From Okamejei kenojei (Eukaryota): a stretch of 64,000 bases of DNA. This document shows, piece by piece, positions 24,266 to 36,274 of this stretch (positions are counted from its first letter, which is position 1; each line of letters opens with the position of its first letter). The notes beneath the pieces are model-generated. The model was given only the letters and a program-made list of their open reading frames with translations, did no database searches and was not told the DNA's origin. The translations under genes were made by a program, and so were the position numbers. The stretch is from positions 40,920,001-40,984,000 of the forward strand of contig CM069153.1 of NCBI GenBank assembly GCA_035221665.1, given 5' to 3'.

Positions 24266-26904
24266 ACCTATAAATTCTAAACTCCGATGTATACATGCCT
24301 GGCCTGTCCAACGTTTCCTTTAAGATAACCTGTTCTGGACATCAATTTAATAAACCCACAAAACTACCCTCTATTAATTAACATCCTCTCATATTGATCC
24401 AGATGTTTTCTCACTAATGCACAATATAATCACCTACTTTTGCATTCATTTCTCCTTAAGCAATAAAAAATTATATTGATAGCTTTCCCTTGGTAAACCT
24501 GCAGTACTGGTTGGCTTGAACATCTGTCGTTGGCAGCATCGTTGGCAAATAGACAAACACAGAGAGAAAAAAAAACTTGCATTTCTAGAGGCATTTTTTG
24601 AGGTACTCATGAAAGTTCATGAAGTAGAATGTAATCTCTTTACACGGATGTAAGATTTGCTGTCACACAGGAAACAGCAAGGTCTTTCTCGTGGTTTGCC
24701 GGTTGTATTGAATGCTGTGCAGTGAGGATTTGGACTGTTCCCTCAATTTTATGGAAATGGATTAAAGATCTGAAAGTATGGTTGCTAAATTTGCTGATGA
24801 AACAAAGATACTAGAAAAGCAATTGTGAAAAGTTCTGATGATGGTTGCCAATGGGTGCAAATAACTGACTGGAAAAAGTTCTTGCAGATGGACTATAATC
24901 TTAGGAAAATGTAAAATGTCCAATTTTGGCAAGAAAAGAAAAACAGCGTTTTATTTACATGATGAGAAATTATACCGCTCTGGTCTTTAGGCAGAATTTA
25001 ATAAAAGGAACTCAATTAATATGAAGGCAAATTATTAATGTGACCTCAGTTGGCAGCACAGCAGTGGTCCAAAGGATAGGTACATAATTAGTAGGACTTA
25101 CAAGAACTGTCATCTGTCAGTGATTGATGTGTTTTTTTCATCCAGTCATCCCACGTTGCCAATAACACAAAGATAGGCATTTTCAATTGAAACATTAAAT
25201 TGAATTCTGTTTTAAATATTTAAATTAGGCGTATTAGCATTTATTATTAACCTAAAAAGGGTGGAATAGAGTACTTTCTAACAGCTCAGGAGAGTTCAGG
25301 GAAACTTTGAGGTGAATGTATGCAGTTCATTAAAATGTCTGGGACAGTTACAGAAAATCATCTGCAAGGTAATGGAATAACTTCCTTTATATCTGGAGCT
25401 TCTGGTACAATGGTTTAAAAGTTCTGATGGAACCCTATGCAGAAGCTTGGTTCGGATATATGTTATGGTCTCAGGAAGGATATATTGTCTTTCAGAGAAG
25501 TGCCTTAGAACAACTGGGGATGGACAATAAATGATAGCATTACCAGGGATATCCACATTATGTGAATGAATCCACAAACTCATTTATGGAAGTGGAACAT
25601 AAATGGATTATTTTTCAAATGCCTTAATCACTAGCATTGCCAACAATTATTTAATTATCCCTGAGATCAGAAGGCATTTAAAGTCAACACCTTATGTAGA
25701 TCTGGAATCATATTTGCCAGACCAGGTAAGTATAGCAGATTTCCTTCCCAGAGAAAATTTAGTAAACCGGATGGGATTTAACAATAATCTGGTAGTTTCA
25801 TGGATATCATTTTTAACACTAGAATTCCAGATTTAGCTACTTGAGTTTAAATTGATCATGTTGAATAGTGGAATAGGCTTGGTGGAGGCAGGAATAGAGC
25901 TCTTTCCTGTGTTTCTTTATTTCTATGAAAATAGATAATTACTTTTAGTTGTTGTTCCCAGGGTGCACATGAATAGCCCTACTCTGAGATTCATTCCTTG
26001 GAAATTGAAAATAAAATCTATCTAAGAAATTCCGCTTAAGTTATATTATCAATAATTACAATGGGGTATTTTATGTTATTGTGAAGACTGGGAATTTGAT
26101 TAAATATCTCGAAGTATACAGGGCCTTAGTATTTTATGGAAATGCAAGAATAAACCCCAAATGTCCCTGTCAGCGTTGTTGATGAAACAAGTGATACCCG
26201 AGGTTTACTCATGCAGGTGGAGGGGTGAAGTGGTCTTTATTGTGTTGCAGTCTACTGACTCGGGGTAGTCCTGAAGTAAACCCTCGGCCTTGTCAAACCA
26301 CTGCGATATTACCCTTATCTTTGGCGTCATGTTTTAGTGTAAGCCTGTAAACAGAACTGCAGCAATATTTATTGCTAATTTTCTATTTGGACAAATTATT
26401 ACATAAATAAAATTCAGACATTAAATACCTATTTCTCCAATAGCAATTCATCTAGCCAAGTGGAGGGGATTTTATCTGTGTTCTTATTGATTGGGACACA
26501 TTTTGGAATGCCAGAATAGTTGGTTTATAACCTGCTTTTGGCTGGTACATTGAGATTATGACTAATTGTGATTCCCTTGTATGTTGAGATTGGGGACTAG
26601 CCAGTGGGAATGCCACTGATTTGTCAAGAGTAGCTGGTTCGATTTTTGGAAACGGTCTTTGCCTGGCACTTTGGAGCACAAATATGGATTTGCTACAATT
26701 TCTTTAGATTTATGAATGGGAATAAAAATTACACAATCATCCGTTAAAATCCCCATTTCTGACCAAGATTGTTGGGGTTCTGATTATTACGATTTAATTA
26801 ATTGACTTCCACTAACCACACCTATCTTTGTGTGATATATAACTGAAATCATTGCAATGTTTGCTTCTTGCTATTTATCAACTTTGGTTTTATCAAGGAT
26901 CCTT

Positions 26905-27412
26905 AACCAGAGGCTGACGATGGAAGGATGCTTCTTGGACTGGAAGCCTGTAACTAGTGATGTGCCTTGGATCGTTGGTGGGCATTTTGATGTTTATATC
27001 AACAATTTGCTTGAGAATGTACAAGGTGCAGTTGGTTAGTTTGCAGATGCCACTAAAATAGGCGATGATCTAGACAGTGAAGAAGGTTATTAAGAAATAC
27101 AGTGGAATCTTGACCAACTGGGTAAGTGGGCTGAGAAATGGAAAATCGAGTTTAATTCAGATACACGTGAAGTGTTGCCAGCCAGTGTAGGACTTGCACA
27201 GTGAACAGTAGGGATCTGGGGAGTGTAATAGAACAGAGGAACGTAGGACTACATAGTTCCCTGGAAGTGGTGTTACAGGTAGCGTGGTAAAGAAGGCTTT
27301 TGATGTTCTGAGCTTCTTCAGTCAGGAAACTGACTGGGACAAGCTTAGATGCACATCTTGGTCGGCATGGACAAGTTGGGCCAACGGGCATGTTTTTTTG
27401 TGCTGCATGACT
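26905..27412 (+). mobile_element. Old CR1 RT fragments
   Basis: WKPVTSDVP...VYINNL...FADATKIG...LDQLGKWAEKW. Confidence 0.75.
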
Positions 27413-27949
27413 GATTCTGAGGTCTGGACATGAATGCTGGCGGTGAAACCCAAACAGAACATAGTTGATCAAGTTATTAGTCCGTAAATGAAATTTGATA
27501 GTTCGTGATGACACCTTCAATCCAAAGGGAGAATTCTCCTTGTCCACTATAACTCATTTTACTGCCGATTGTCTTTTACACACCGTGCCTAAAAAGCTAG
27601 TCTTTCTCAAGGCAATAGAAGAGCTTAATCTGGAGACACAGTGAATTGCGGATGCTGGAATGTTGATCAAAACAAAAAGTAACCCAACGGGTCAGGCAAC
27701 ATCTCTGGAAGGACTTTTATCTCCTTTTCATCTTTAGCCGTGCCACTTACTCCACCCATATGCCAATCAAAACCCCTTCACCTGTATCCATCTATCACTT
27801 GCCAGGCATTGAAGAGTTGATACCCAACCTCATTCCAGCACATGATCTGTAGTCTTGCACTTCATAGCTCTTCAAGTGCATCAAAACATGGCTTCTGAAC
27901 GTGTACAAATGCAAGTGTCAACGGTGAGGTGCAGCATGACTATTTGGTT

Positions 27950-29040
27950 TTGGTTTATTATTGTCATGTGTACAGAGAAACAATGCAAAGCTTTGTTTGC
28001 GTGATTGGCAGTCAAATCATACTACACATGAATCAAGCCATGGACAATGACAGTATGTAGCGCAAAGAGAAAAAATACCAGAGTGCAGGATATAGTGTTA
28101 TAGTGTGCAAGCCTGTAGTGAGATAGATTGGAAGATTGGGGCTACACTCTAGCTTATGAAGTCTGATAACTAGGGGAAGAAGCTGTTACTGAACCAGGTA
28201 GTATGTGCTTTCAAGTTTTTTTTATCTTCTTCCTGAGGGGAGAAGAGGCAATGACTGGGGTGAAAATGGTTCTTGATTATGCTAGCTGCTATCCTGAGAC
28301 AACATGAAGTGTAGATTGGGTCAATGGAGGGGAGAGGCGTGTGTGTCGGCTGGCATGTGTGATGGACTGTGCTACATCCTCAACTCTGCAATTTCTTATG
28401 GCATTGCACAGTTGTTGCCGAACCAAGCCTTCTGTGATACACCCTGATAAAATGGTTTCTGTGGTACATCTATAGAAGTTGGTAGGAAACATACCAAACT
28501 TTTACTCTTCTCAGAGGAAATAAGGCTTTCATGGTCGTTCCTTTATTATGATTGATCCAGCACAAATTGTTGATTATATTTTTGCCTTGGAACTTGGAGG
28601 TTCCTGACCATGACCATTTGGCAGTATCGATGCTGATTGGGATGTGTACACCTTGTTTCATGAAGTCAATAACTAGCTTCTTCATCTTGCTGACATTGAG
28701 GGAGAGGTTGTTGTCTTGACACAATGTTATTATGCTCCCTATCTCTGTCTTGTCATTGTTCGCGATCCAACCCACCAGGGTGGTGTCATCTGCAAACTTG
28801 TAAATGGAATTAGAGCAAAATTTGGCCACTTAGTCATGGTGCATAGGAAGTATCGTAAAGGACTGAGAAGCCATCCTGTGGGGCACAGTTGCTGAGTTAT
28901 AGGTCCAAGAGTTTGGAGATAAGTCTGGTATGGATTACTGTGGTCAAGGCAGAGCTATAGTCGAAAACTAGGAGTCTTGACGTAGATGTCTGCGACAGGG
29001 ATGGGTGTAGGGCCAGGGAGATGACGTCTGCCAAGTTGCC
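27950..29040 (-). mobile_element. Rex/Babar- or L2-like LINE RT remnant
   Basis: DYSSALTTVI..RLISKLLDL; YKFADDTTLVG...NLSLNVSK.K.LVIDF; FYRCTTETILSGCIT. Confidence 0.8.
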
Positions 29041-29454
29041 AAGGTAGGCAAATTGCAGTAGATTATGTGTTGTGTGCCAATGGTGTAAACAGAACTGCTT
29101 GGTCATTAATATGTTAGGACTATCAGAATCCTCTGACAAAAATATTCTGAGGCATGCAAACATGAAATATTCCAAAGATATCATTGATTTGTGCTGGGAT
29201 GGATGAAACAATTCTCTAATTGCTTCTTGTCCAGGTTAGAAAGGTCAACAGTTCTCCATGGTTTTTATTTGAATGTGCAATGATTCCTTGCTGAAAATGT
29301 GTGTACATTTATTATAGATGTAGGGAATTGCCTTGCTTGCCTGTGATCATTTATATATCTGATTCACATTTGGATAACTTACTGCTACATTCTTGACAAA
29401 TTCACATTTGGGCAAAATACGGGGATACCAGTATGGAGGTTTTCCTCCGCCTTA

Positions 29455-29830
29455 ACCTATCCCGGTTGCTCAGCACTTTAACTACCCCTCCCATTCCTAA
29501 TCTGACCTTTCTGGCCTGGGCCTCCAACATTGTCAGAGTGAGGCCCAGTGCAAATTGGAGGAACAGCACCTCATATTTTGCTTGGGTAGCTTACACCCCA
29601 GTGGTATGAACATTGACTTCTCTAACTTCAAGTAGCCCTTGCTTTCCCTATCTCTCCATCACTTCCCAGTTCTCCCACCAGTCTTACTGTCTCCAACTAC
29701 ATTCTATCTCTGTACCACCACTTCCCTGACATCAGTCTGAAGAAGGGTCTCGACCTGAAACGTTACCCATTCCTTATCTCCAGAGATGCTGCCTGTCCCG
29801 TTGAGTTACTCCAGCATTTTGTGTCTAGCC
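29455..29830 (+). mobile_element. Penelope-like element 3' end (GIY-YIG C terminus plus terminal repeat)
   Basis: PVAQHFN.PSHS..DLS.LGL.HCQSEAQCKLEEQHLIFCLGSLHPSGMNIDFSNFK*, then the hammerhead motif. Confidence 0.85.
29737..29764 (+). ncRNA. Minimal type I hammerhead ribozyme core (Penelope-type)
   Basis: CUGAAGA-AGGGU-CUCG-ACCU-GAAA-CGUU. Core boxes are intact but stem I is only about 2 bp. Confidence 0.6.
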
Positions 29831-30407
29831 TGGAGGTTTTACAACTAGCCCAAAGAGGTGTCAACATTGACAGAAATAAAACACAGTGCTTCCCGGGCAT
29901 TCGTAAATGGTAGTATGACTAATTATAAATGCTTTTACTTAAAATAAAAAGTAGGAGACAAAGCACCAAAAGAAGCAACAAAATCAATTACTGACTCTCG
30001 TCCAAAACTTACTTGACTCGAGGTGAATTAATCAAGTGCCAAAATATTATTTGCTTAAAATTAGTAGAGCTAGGCAGATCCAAACCAATGTCAATGTGGA
30101 AACAATTTTCCCCTGACACATTTCAAAACAAGACAGCTGAAGACGACAGACAGAAATGTAGGGAGATGATAGATAGCTGTAAGGTTATAATGGTATGTGA
30201 TATCAACTTCCCTGATATCGCCAAGGACTGACATAATACAAAGGGTTAGGATGGGGTAGAATTTGGTAAATGTGTCCAGGAAGTGTTCTTAAAAAGTTTG
30301 CGACGGCCCTACTAAAGAGGTGACAACTTGACGAAATTCAACTAAAAAATGAAATTGGGATGTGACTCGTATGTCAATGGGTGAACACTGGGACATGTGA
30401 TGATAAT

Positions 30408-31413
30408 AAGCGAGTTTGGTATTCCGACTGCACATGCTCAGGTCATAGGTCACTAGCTATAAAACAGTCTCGGCAATGGTGGTGCTGTATTGTGTGCAGG
30501 CTTGCGTTTTGTCTTCCTTTCCCCTCCCCATTGTCCCTTTGCAGCTGCTCTGCTTGGCAGCAGTCCTCCCACCACAACCACCACCCCCCCCCCGCAATCC
30601 TGCTGAAGATGGGCAGCCGCCGCCCTTGCTCGATGACGGGCGACTTGTAGCTGCTGCTGGAGTAGACCTGATCCGAGAGAGAGTCTGCGGATGGGCTCCT
30701 GCCGGCCACGGGCAGGCTGGGAGCCCACTGGAGCTGCTGGTGCTGTTGGTGGTGCTGGTGGTAGCAACAACCTTCTCCCCCTCCCTTGCTCGGCCCCAAG
30801 CCCAGAGTCTGGGCCAGCTCCAACTCCAGGTCGGGGCTGAAGCCGACCGCAGCGCAGCACAATCGAGCACCGGGCTGGAGGAGGCCGAGCCCAGGCTGGC
30901 GCTCTGGCGCAGGCGAGGCCGGGGCCCTCGCTCCTCCTCGGGGTTGTGGATGAAGTGGCAGCGGGTACTGTAGGGGCAGAAGCCAGTGGTGTGTAAGGTA
31001 CGGCTTGTACTTGGGGTGGCGGCTGAGGGAGCGCAGTTCAGACAGGCCATGGGCGAACTGGCACTTGTTGCTGTGGAGGCCTATCGGGAGCGGGTTTCTC
31101 TGGGGTTGGAGCGGGGTTGGGCTGGAGTTGGCTGTGGGTTCTGTGGGCCTGGGGCCGCTGGTGTTGTGGTCGGTTGGCCCGACGGGAGAGGCGGAGGTGA
31201 GCCTGGGTTGGTGCGTCTCCGCACTGGGCCTGGGGGCCAGGGCCAGTCCAGTGGCAGTTCTTCCCCCCCGACTCCCCCACTGAAAAAAGCCAAAAACTCG
31301 GACCCAAACTATACTCACTGAATCTACAGCACTTCGTTCGATTTTTATTTATAGTGTTCGACTTTTGATAAATACCATGATTCCTTGCTTTCGTCGGAAT
31401 AACAAACTCACTT
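30408..31413. mobile_element. Non-autonomous TIR DNA transposon (AT TSD; ISL2EU/PIF-Harbinger-like) enclosing a host gene fragment
   Basis: 21-bp TIRs AAGCGAGTTTGGTATTCCGAC / GTCGGAATAACAAACTCACTT (19/21). AT at 30406-07 and 31414-15. Removing the element restores a CR1 endonuclease-like reading gat-gat-aat-tct-att. Confidence 0.8.
30593..31075 (-). pseudogene. ZFP36/tristetraprolin-family (CCCH tandem zinc finger) gene fragment, frameshifted
   Basis: [21 protein letters not shown], then about 11 nt deleted, [25 protein letters not shown]...RLRQSAS, then a second shift, then [31 protein letters not shown] (CNOT1-binding motif). Paralog not determined. Confidence 0.9.
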
Positions 31414-34400
31414 ATTCTATTAATTTAAAAATACTTGCGAGAAAAGATTGGGCTGGTCCACAGACTAAAATCCTAACCTAATCCTGGTCACACTGCTCTT
31501 TTCCCTGCCTCCATCTTGCATGTCAATTATTGTCTGTCAATTATTGTCTGTCCATTCCCTCCACAGATGCTGTGTAACCCGCTCAGCTCCTCCAAAATTT
31601 TATATTAGCTCTAGATTCCAGCATCTACAGTTTCTTGTATCTTCAGTACACCTTGGGCATTACGGTAACTCTTGTGTGCTTTTATCAGCCATGAACATCT
31701 TGCAATATCTGATCTCCAGCAACATTAATCAAAACTATAGAATTTTTTCATTTTACTGAGCACAATGCAAAAGGTGACGAGTGTCTTAAATTCAGATCAA
31801 GTGTGAGATAGCTGGTTCAATTCAAAATAAAGTAAAAGTACAGGTTGAACACTGATAGTCCGCCCACCCCAAAAATCCGGACAAAATTAGTTGAAATAAC
31901 AGAGCTTAGTTGAAATTTCCTGAGTGGAATTGCGAGTGGCGAGCACTCTTTCCAGTCATGTCCCTCCACCATGAAAGTGTTGTTTTGTTTACATCTAAAC
32001 GTGGAAATTCCTGCTTGGCACTGTCTAATTTCATCTCTGCTGGCTCATTGTTTAAGTTTCTCATGTTTCAACTGCCTGGCCTGCACGCACCACCCCACAA
32101 CCCCTCCTCCTACCTTTCTGTTCAATTTTCCTCTCGCCCTCTAAAACTCTCAACTTCCTGTCAAGCCTCCAGTTTACTGGGCATCTTTAAAAGGCTGCTT
32201 CTCAAAATCCCTTTTAAACTATGCTCTCAATCTTCTCTCCTAAATGTTTCGCAAAGATAAAACAGTAAACCATCGTTTTAACGACCCCCTTATAGAAGAT
32301 TTTAGATCTAGATTTAGAGCCGTGGCTCCGTGGTGTTTTAGAGGCATGGAAAATGAATCATTGTATTCTTGTTTCATTATCACATGGCCTCTTAATACAG
32401 AAAATCAGATAATCCAGAAAGGCTCTGGAACCAAGGCTGCCAGAAAATTGATGTTCTACATTTTTATCAGTGCTGCAACTGCAATCCATTTTGAATTCTA
32501 GGTCTGAGAGCTAGGTAGAAAATAATACTTATGAAGTCAGATGGCTATCTGGGTTTTAATGAAAGCCTTAAAGTAGAATGATTGCATCATGAAGGCTTGC
32601 TATCGTGGACTGAAATCGCCAATGCAAAACGGATATATTCAAATAGTAAATTTTGAATGAGGTTTGACCTTTTAAAAATATCTTAATATATCCCATGCAG
32701 CTATGTAAGGAGGGCAATTTTAGCTTTGATGCACACGTTCAGTTTTTTTTCATTAATTAATTAAAATATTGTAGGGTCATGATCAAATTAAAATTTGCTG
32801 AATAGTTTTGCAGGGTCTTCAGTATAGCTAGAATATTACTGCAGTACCAACGTATTAAAACTTTTCAACAAAGATTTATATAATCTTTCAAGACACTGAC
32901 AGCATTAAAAGAAAAACACTTAAATTGCCCCGGCAAAGAAGGCCATGGGCCCAATAATTGTAGACTGGATTCATAAAGACATTTGCCCATTGGGCAATGT
33001 GGATGTGTTTGACTGCATGGCCTGTTTCCATGCTGTATGATTTTATGATATTCAAGTACATCTGATGTCCAACACTCTTATAGTTAACCTAGAGGTCAAT
33101 ATATGCACAGCAGTGTTGATAAAGCAATGTTGATTATGCAAAAGGTTAGAATTTTTGGTCAAGGGATAACCGTTGCGTATAATTAAAGGGAGAACTCCCT
33201 TTATGCTCTTCAAAAAAAGTGATGACGTTTCTCATCCATCTGAAAGAATGAGTGGATTAAGTTGTTTTTGCGGCATCTTGGACAGTGTAATAATGCAGTG
33301 AATTATCAGCCAAAATTTTGTGTCGAAGTCTCTACAGGGAATCCACAACCATTTGATTTAGAGGCGCAGGGACACATTTGAATACTATTGAATTACTAAT
33401 GAACACCATATGAGTTTGCAAAATAAAATATAGTTTCCTTTTTGCAAGATAAGGCAACTGATGTTTTTGGAGCCTCCCTGGGTTACGACAGAGTTCTGTT
33501 CCCTCGAACCATTTGTAACCCAAGCAGGGTGGCACAGTGGCTCAGCTAGTAGAGCTGCTGCCACAGCGTCAGGTTCAATCCTGACCTTGGGTGCTGTCTA
33601 TATGGAGTTTGCACGTTCTCCCTGTGACACGTGAGTTCCCCCCACATTTTGTTTCTTGCTGTCTTAGAGGTACTATTGATTTTGCAGTTGTCCTTTAATT
33701 TCTGGAGGAATTCAAATGAGAATAGTTTTCAAATGTGTTTAATAGGTCCATCTCAGATGGATGAACAACCTATTTCTTAAGTATGAAGTTTACTAGACGT
33801 ACTAGAAAGCTTACTTTCTATTGAAGAAATTCATTCAATTGCTAGTTTCCTCTCACAAATATAATATGTTTGTGACTTTTAAGTCAATGGCACCCAAGTT
33901 ACTATGAAAAACTTTGGAGACTTGGGTCATATTTTTTATAAAGAGCTGTGAGACGATACAAACAGAAAATTCTGTGAATACTCAGTGGGTTAAGTATAAT
34001 TTGTGGAGAAAGGAATATGGAGCATTAATATTTTGTCAGAAATCGTATTCTGATGAAAGTTCATTCCTTTCAAATGCTAGCCATATCTTCCTCAGTAAAT
34101 GGTTGCTTTACGACCATGGTGCACAACATGAAGCCTATCGGCTAGATTTGGCCTGTGGGATAGTTCTGTCAAATCTACTGTTCAGCACACTGCTATCTGG
34201 TTTAATGGGATCGGTATCTTGGTTTGTAAGTCAGCTGCTGTTTGGCTTTAGGCTGAAGATAGCAGTCACTGTTTCAGAAATGCTTTGCCAAGCGGCAAAC
34301 CCCCCCCTCAAGCTTACTATCTGCCAAAACTATCAAAAGGCTTTCATAATGAAGAACTATGAAACTAAAACTCAAGCATTAAATGCTTTAAACTGTTGAA

Positions 34401-35111
34401 ACCCAAGACTGGAAAACAATTAAATACATTTTATTAACTGTATCTTGACAAACTGAAAGTGCATAAGGATCGGATGTACATATTAATAATCTTGCACTGA
34501 AGATTGTGTATTTTTTGTCCCATAATTTTTAAATGTTTGCATTTTGACATGTTCCTAACTAAACAAAACATACAATGATGTTTTGAGATCAAAAAGGTGA
34601 TGGTGTTGGGTTTCTGCATCCATCTGAGAAGGTAGACAATGTCGAAGAATCCTAGAGAGAAAGGGAGCAGAAATGGGTCTTGCGCTCACTGAGTCCATGC
34701 TGACCCATTAGGCACCCATTTTTTTTCCTTGCACGTCTGTACACGGGGGACAATTTGAAGTGAAATTTTGATCTATCCATCCCCATGTTCTTGGGATGTG
34801 CAAGGAAATTGGAGCACTCTTAACAAATCCATGCAGTCATGGACAATGTACAAATTGCACAAAGCATCAGAGGACAGGGTGACATTTCCTCTAACATTGC
34901 AGCCAAGGTTTTTGTATTCAACTCTGTGGAGTTAGAGTTTAATCTATATCCTTAATACCAATTGAACCAAAGTTAGTACATTATTTTCAAGATAACCAGA
35001 GTCTTGTCCAGCACTGAGTAATTATTGATTTTTATTGCAAAATAATTAAATTAAAGCTAGTTTTCATCTGCAAGTTTGGTGAATAACATTTTTATTTGTT
35101 TCCATTTTCAG

Positions 35112-35162
35112 GGAGAATCTGTGAAATACTTCCTGGACAATTTGGAAAGATTAGCAGATCCA
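35112..35162 (+). CDS. GNA13: G protein alpha-13, penultimate coding exon (51 nt)
   Basis: ttttcAG|GGA...CCA|GTAAGT. Translates GESVKYFLDNLERLADP, matching G-alpha-13 GESVKYFLDNLDKLGEP; phase 0 joins in frame to 41914. Upstream exons were not found in the window. Confidence 0.95.
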
Positions 35163-36274
35163 GTAAGTAATACATAGCTTTCTCTACAGTTCTCTCTTAC
35201 AACAACATTAAAAACATCACCCCATTGCATTCTATATGGAGAAGTCATAATTTTTATAACTATTGTTTGGAGATAATAAATATTTACAGCATGTACAAGT
35301 AAAATTGAGGAAAATGGAATTAAATATTGAAATGATGTAATTCCAAGCAGATTTACTTTGATTTTTTCTTCTTCTTAGGTTTTTTTTTATTGGTGTCAAC
35401 CAGAACCATCTGAATAATGTGCATATAAGGTTTAGTTGTATGTAAATAGTGAAATTAGTATTTAATATTTCCCCCTTTTCCTTCTCTTCCCACACCCTCC
35501 AGCCCTTCATGCCATTCACAAAGCCAAATGTTCACAGGTCTCTGAGTGTGCCATTCTCTGTATACAATAGCTTATTCCTTTGATGGTGGAGATTTCATCA
35601 GGGCAAGTAAACAATCTGGGATGATTTGTCTCATAAACTAATGTTCATCCTCTATCTTTCCTGTTTTTAACTTCCTGCATGAGGTCATGTTACGAGCTTG
35701 CCTCCAACAGTAGTGTGCTACATTGCAGCAATGGTTTAACCATACAATTAGATGTGAAATCTAGTGTTAGAAAACCAGGCCAATGTGCTATTAATGAGTT
35801 TGCTAACAAACTTGCCATTTTACCATTCCGTTAGGTCAGTAATGATCACGAGGACGTGTTTTTATATGCTAGTTTCAAAGTCTCAGTTTTGTAAAATTTT
35901 ATAGATTGCATATAGATCAAATAAGAGGTATTACTAATTTTTGGAATTCCTTTTCAATATGCATTCTTGCTGTGATAAGACAATTAGGGCTGCTATTGAA
36001 ATGGATATACTTCAGAAATGGATGTAGCACAGAAACCTTGGAATCTTCAAGTTTAGGTGCATGCTGAAATGGAAAGATCTTTGTTCCTGAAGGGTGAAGT
36101 GAAGTCATTTGAAACTCTCAGTAATGCCAAATTATGCCACATTCTTCCTCTAAACACCTTTTTCCAAAGTATTGGTTACCTGCGATAGAAATATGCGCAT
36201 AGCCAAATATACCAAGTTGGTAAATTGTATCATAGAGCTACAATTTTCCATAACCTGGCTAACGCAGGTAAATT

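Larger units (their letters stand above)
30140..31480 (+). mobile_element. Old CR1 LINE endonuclease-region fragment, split by the 30408-31413 insertion
   Basis: Degenerate V.V.DINFPDI..., GLDGVEF.KCVQE.FL, and D.NSINLKI..KD.AGP.TKILN resuming after the insertion. Confidence 0.7.

Noticed and set aside
26178-26276. Possible C/D box snoRNA (TGATGA ... CTGA)
   Set aside because: No terminal stem and no identifiable rRNA guide.
30593-31075. Functional ZFP36 gene or classic processed pseudogene
   Set aside because: First finger truncated, second frameshifted, no ATG, no native stop, no 3' UTR or poly(A); bounded by TIRs instead.
30407-31414. TA target duplication (Tc1/mariner-type) for the cargo element
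   Set aside because: It would leave two extra bases in the host CR1 frame; an AT duplication restores gat-aat-tct-att exactly.
33914-34399. 161-aa ORF in the GNA13 intron
   Set aside because: TTG start, no recognisable motif, no convincing splice sites.
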